From Desulfatiglandales bacterium (lineage in GTDB: Bacteria; Desulfobacterota; DSM-4660; Desulfatiglandales; HGW-15), in the NCBI GenBank assembly GCA_963667015.2, contig CAXXJJ010000001.1, positions 1,504,001-1,568,000 on the forward strand: a stretch of DNA of 64,000 nucleotides, given 5' to 3'. Positions 59,980 through 64,000 of this stretch are shown in pieces. Position 1 is the first letter of the stretch. Each line of letters begins with the position of its first letter. The position numbers and the translations under genes are program-made. The notes under the pieces are model-generated. The model had not been told where the DNA came from and did not search any database. It saw only the letters and a list, made by a program, of their open reading frames with translations.

Positions 59980-62286
59980 GTGGCGGTAGTCAGTAAATAT
60001 TATGAGGGAATCAGCTCAGTAACAGTATTGGGCAATTATCTGCCCCGGCAGTGCGGTATAGCGACTTTTACTACTGATCTGGTTGAGGGTCTGTCAGCGG
60101 AAGCACCTGATATTAACTGCGGGGTAGTGGCCATGAATGACAGACCTGAAGGGTATGCGTATCCCGAAAAGGTGCGTTTTGAAATCAATCAGAATAAACT
60201 GAGTGATTACAGCATCGCATCCAAATTTCTCAATATCAGCCAGACGGACATTGTATGTGTTCAGCATGAATACGGTCTTTTCGGAGGTCCGGCAGGCAGT
60301 CATCTTCTCAAACTCCTTGGTGATCTGCGAATGCCCATAGTTACGACACTTCATACTATCCTGAAAGATCCGGCTCCGGAATATCGTGATGTTATGTGCA
60401 GGCTGGCCGATATTTCGGACAAGCTGATTGTAATGAGCCATAAGGCTTCTGATTTTCTTAAAGATATCTATGCTGTGCCGGAGGAGAAAATAGCTTTTAT
60501 TCATCATGGCATTCCTGACACGCCCTTTATTGATCCAAGTTTCTATAAAGACAAGTTCGGCGTGGAAGGGAAAAAAGTGCTGCTCACCTTCGGCCTGCTT
60601 TCTCCGAACAAGGGGATTGAAAATGTATTGCAATCACTGCCGGGTGTTATTGAACGACATCCTGATATTGTCTATATAATACTGGGCGCGACCCACCCGA
60701 ATATTCTCAAATTCCATGGTGATTCATACCGCATTATGCTACAGCAGCTGGTACTCAAGCTTGATATCAGCAAACATGTCATTTTTCAAAATCGATTTGT
60801 CGAGCTGAGAGAATTGTGTGAATTTTTAGGTATCGCCGATATCTATGTGACTCCATACCTTGAGGAAGCCCAGATTACATCAGGGACCCTTGCCTATGCC
60901 ATGGGTACAGGCAAAGCAGTCATTTCAACACCATACTGGTATGCCACGGAAATGCTTGCCGAAGGTAGGGGCCGGATTGTTCCGTTTCAAGATCCCGGTG
61001 CAATAGCGGATCAGATTAACGACCTTCTGGATAACGATATTGAACGGCATGCCATGCGCAAAAAAGCATATACATTCAGCCGTGAGGCCGTCTGGAAGGA
61101 GGTGTCCAGAAAGTACCTCCAGGTATTCAGTGAAGCGCGACAGAACCGTACCCTGAATCCCCGCCCCCGGCATTCATATATTAAGAATATTAAGATTATT
61201 ACTGATTTTGAACTTCCTGAAATCAAGATTAACCACCTGAAGACCATTACAGATGACACCGGTATCCTTCAGCACTCCAACTATACGATACCGGACCGCA
61301 CCCATGGTTACTGCACTGATGATAACGCGAGGGCGATGCTGGTAGCGGCCATGGGGCAAAAATATCTGCCCACAAACGGTTTTGGGCTTGATTTTCTCAG
61401 CGGTCATTATCTGGGATTTCTGCTCTACGCCTTTAATGATGAAAATGGTCGATTTCGCAATTTTATGACCTACTCGCGGCGATGGATGGAGGAGATAGGG
61501 TCCGAGGACGCCCATGGAAGAGCGCTGTGGTGCATTGGTAAATCCGTGGCCTTTCTTGACAATCCGGGACATCTCGCAATGTGTACGACCCTTTTTAACA
61601 AGGCATTGCGGGCCGTTGAGCATTTTCGATCACCCCGGGGGATAGCCTTTTCGCTGGTAGGGATACATGCTTATCTGTCAAAGTTTTCCGGTGACAGCGA
61701 CAGCCGGAGGATTCGGGAACTCCTTGCCAACCGGCTTTTTGACCAGTTTAAAACCAATTCAACAGAGGAATGGCCCTGGCTTGAAAATGCCCTTAACTAT
61801 GCCAACGGTAAACTGCCCCACGCCCTTCTGATGTCCGGACAGTGGATGCAGCGAAACGATATGATCGATATGGGGCTCCATTCTCTCAAATGGCTGCTCT
61901 CCATCCAGACCGAAGATGGTCACTTTGTGCCCATAGGCAATAAGGGCTGGTATGAAAAAAGCGGAGAAAGAGCTCGTTTTGACCAGCAGCCGATCGAGTC
62001 CAATGCAATGATTGAGGCATGTGTCCAGGCCTTTAATATCACCGGGGATAAAACCTGGATTGAAAGTGCTGTCATGTGCTTTAACTGGTTTCTTGGAAAT
62101 AATGACCTGAATATGGCGCTGTATGATGCCAAGACAGGAGGCTGCCGTGACGGGTTGATGGCTGACGGTGTTAACCAGAATGAGGGCGCTGAGTCGACCC
62201 TTGCCTGGCTTCTCTCACTTATGACACTGCAAAAACTCTATGCTGATGAGATATTAAATAGGCCATTGTCACGAAAAACCGATTAG
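59980..62286 (+). CDS. GT4 glycosyltransferase fused to C-terminal alpha-helical glycosidase-like domain
   Basis: PRQCGIATF, QHEYG, TSGTLAYA; GYCTDDNARA, FDQQP, NQNEGAEST. Confidence 0.88.
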   Translation: MAVVSKYYEGISSVTVLGNYLPRQCGIATFTTDLVEGLSAEAPDINCGVVAMNDRPEGYAYPEKVRFEINQNKLSDYSIASKFLNISQTDIVCVQHEYGLFGGPAGSHLLKLLGDLRMPIVTTLHTILKDPAPEYRDVMCRLADISDKLIVMSHKASDFLKDIYAVPEEKIAFIHHGIPDTPFIDPSFYKDKFGVEGKKVLLTFGLLSPNKGIENVLQSLPGVIERHPDIVYIILGATHPNILKFHGDSYRIMLQQLVLKLDISKHVIFQNRFVELRELCEFLGIADIYVTPYLEEAQITSGTLAYAMGTGKAVISTPYWYATEMLAEGRGRIVPFQDPGAIADQINDLLDNDIERHAMRKKAYTFSREAVWKEVSRKYLQVFSEARQNRTLNPRPRHSYIKNIKIITDFELPEIKINHLKTITDDTGILQHSNYTIPDRTHGYCTDDNARAMLVAAMGQKYLPTNGFGLDFLSGHYLGFLLYAFNDENGRFRNFMTYSRRWMEEIGSEDAHGRALWCIGKSVAFLDNPGHLAMCTTLFNKALRAVEHFRSPRGIAFSLVGIHAYLSKFSGDSDSRRIRELLANRLFDQFKTNSTEEWPWLENALNYANGKLPHALLMSGQWMQRNDMIDMGLHSLKWLLSIQTEDGHFVPIGNKGWYEKSGERARFDQQPIESNAMIEACVQAFNITGDKTWIESAVMCFNWFLGNNDLNMALYDAKTGGCRDGLMADGVNQNEGAESTLAWLLSLMTLQKLYADEILNRPLSRKTD

Positions 62287-62300
62287 GGAAAGGAACGTTC

Positions 62301-63326
62301 ATGAAAATTGCCATGCTCTCACCTGTTGCCTGGCGCACACCGCCAAGACATTACGGGCCATGGGAAAATGTGGCATCTCTTTTAACCGAGGGGCTGGTAG
62401 CAGCCGGACAGGATGTAACCCTGTTCGCAACCGCGGAATCACAAACGAGTGCCAAACTGCAAGCGGTTTGCCCCAAAGGGTATGAAGAAGATCAGAGCAT
62501 AATCCCGAAGGTATGGGAATGCCTTCATATTTCGGAGCTGTTTGACCATGCCGGAGAATTCGACATTATCCACAACCATTTTGATTTTCTGCCTCTGACC
62601 TATAGCGGACTGACCACTACCCCGGTAGTTACCACCATTCATGGCTTCTCATCGCCTGGAATTTTACCGGTTTACAGAAAGTACAACAAAAAGTCTTTTT
62701 ATGTCTCCATCAGCAATGCCGATCGTGCACCTGATCTTGACTATATCAAAACAATCCATCATGGCATCGATATAAGTCAGTTTGATTTTCAGCCCAGACC
62801 GGATGACTATTTGCTGTTTTTTGGACGTTTTCACCATGACAAGGGTGCGAGAGAGGCCATTGAGATTGCACGTATGTGCGGGCGAAAGCTTGTAATGGCA
62901 GGGATAATTCAGGATATGGACTATTTCGAAAAATATATAAAACCGTTTATCGATAATCGTCAGGTTATATATGCAGGCAGCGCAGGCCCTGAAAAACGAA
63001 ATCATCTTATGGGCAAGGCCGCTGCACTTTTGCATCCGATCAACTTCAACGAACCTTTTGGTTTGTCAGTTATTGAAGCCATGGCATGCGGTACACCCGT
63101 TATAGCGATCAGCCGAGGCAGTATGCCCGAACTTATTGAGGACGGTCGGAACGGTTTTCTGATTTTCAATAATGACGAGGCAGCCGGAGCGGTCGATCGA
63201 GTTAAAGAACTTGACCGGTCAGATTGCCGAAAAACAGTGGAAGACCATTTTACTGTTGACCGTATGGTCACTGAATATATACAGGTCTATAAAATGATAA
63301 TAAGGTCAAATATGACCATTGTTTAA
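62301..63326 (+). CDS. GT4 glycosyltransferase
   Basis: PPRHYGPWE, EPFGLSVIEAMACGTPV. Confidence 0.92.
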   Translation: MKIAMLSPVAWRTPPRHYGPWENVASLLTEGLVAAGQDVTLFATAESQTSAKLQAVCPKGYEEDQSIIPKVWECLHISELFDHAGEFDIIHNHFDFLPLTYSGLTTTPVVTTIHGFSSPGILPVYRKYNKKSFYVSISNADRAPDLDYIKTIHHGIDISQFDFQPRPDDYLLFFGRFHHDKGAREAIEIARMCGRKLVMAGIIQDMDYFEKYIKPFIDNRQVIYAGSAGPEKRNHLMGKAAALLHPINFNEPFGLSVIEAMACGTPVIAISRGSMPELIEDGRNGFLIFNNDEAAGAVDRVKELDRSDCRKTVEDHFTVDRMVTEYIQVYKMIIRSNMTIV

Positions 63327-63449
63327 ATATGACATTATTTTTCGATGATCTGCACTTGTCCTGCCAGTACTGTTTCAGCCAATTATGAATATAAATCAGG
63401 ATGATGGAGAACAAATTCAAGAATTTGAATTTCTGGCATCACTCTTGCT
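63304..63449 (+). promoter_or_regulatory. Sigma54 promoter module 7 (canonical -12)
   Basis: GGTCAAATATGACC 63304 and GTTTAAATATGACA 63321; IHF-like AATCAGGATGATG 63394; TGGCATCACTCTTGCT 63434. Confidence 0.85.
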
Positions 63450-63555
63450 CTATATTGTAGATGAAGCATATGAAGTTTTCAGTTTTCATGTGGTGAGGGT
63501 ATTTGCACCCAGGCGATAGCGACCGCATGTTCGCTGTTAAATCGGAGAATTGATT

Positions 63556-63846
63556 ATGAAAAACAGAGATAAAGATACAGCAGAAGGCAAGGATTATGCT
63601 AAAGCTCATGACATGCACTATAAAACCAGGGATTTGCCAGGGGCATTCAAACTTTATAGAGGTATAATCACAGACTATCCCAAGACAGAGGAGGCAAAAT
63701 ACTCTTTGTCACAGGTTCAAAATATTGTGAATGCGGAGGTTCCAAAGCAGGAGGTTTTGGATGCGCTTGTAGCCCTGACGCTTGACCATTTTGATCAGGA
63801 TGCATCGAATGCCAAATCCGCTTCGGAAGCATCCCCCGCCTCGTAG
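63556..63846 (+). CDS. Small TPR-like hypothetical protein
   Basis: GGAG RBS; AFKLYRGIITDYPKTEEAKYS. Confidence 0.65.
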   Translation: MKNRDKDTAEGKDYAKAHDMHYKTRDLPGAFKLYRGIITDYPKTEEAKYSLSQVQNIVNAEVPKQEVLDALVALTLDHFDQDASNAKSASEASPAS

Positions 63847-63886
63847 CAGCCTTTGGGTGGCCATAAGGCATTCGATTAATATAATT

Positions 63887-63920
63887 GTGAAGGCCCTGTT
63901 GAATCAACAGGGCCTTTCAC
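63887..63920 (+). terminator. Stem-loop, possible terminator
   Basis: AAGGCCCTGTTGA-A-TCAACAGGGCCTT. Confidence 0.5.
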
Positions 63921-63945
63921 TTGTAATAGGATATAGAGTCACATA

Positions 63946-64000
63946 ATGAATAGACAACAACCCGTCATCAGGCGGTTTGAGAAAAACCCCATATTGACAA
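63946..64000 (+). CDS. Start of a probable GH130-like glycosidase/phosphorylase (truncated by window)
   Basis: MNRQQPVIRRFEKNPILT; RxxxNPIL start and GT4 context. Confidence 0.5.
   Translation, partial: MNRQQPVIRRFEKNPILT

Overview
Moderately AT-rich bacterial window. Gene content and repeat types suggest a Desulfobacterota/deltaproteobacterium (inference). It has three layers. (1) A large stress/envelope-type gene set: BON/OsmY, lmo0937-like, PRC-barrel, ClsB, HflKC, B12-radical SAM, MlaEFDC, GroEL, glycosyltransferases and KhpA. It is organised under seven near-identical sigma54 promoter modules, each with a tandem palindrome of consensus GGTCATATATGACC, an IHF-like site at +90/91 and the -24 GG at +130-133. 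Six of the seven have a non-canonical -12. An enhancer-binding protein with no recognisable sensor domain is encoded next to the first module. (2) Inside this set, several genes are 'collapsed': HAD hydrolase, acetate kinase, wrbA, groES, an lmo0937 paralogue and probably asmA. Only the RBS/N-terminus and a distal or C-terminal piece remain, and most of these remnants are missing from the ORF track. (3) An accessory, defence-like island (~14.9-35 kb) segmented by 7-bp microrepeats, a 123-bp MITE (x3), a cassette-head repeat (x4), REP-like hairpins and decayed attC sites. It carries TA genes, a ParB-methyltransferase, a GHKL ATPase-nuclease, an RNase H-like gene preceded by a tRNA-like structured RNA, DUF2971 and two Schlafen/AlbA_2 proteins. 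An intact IS630 interrupts a response regulator near the start. All family calls are from motif recognition by eye; no searches were run.
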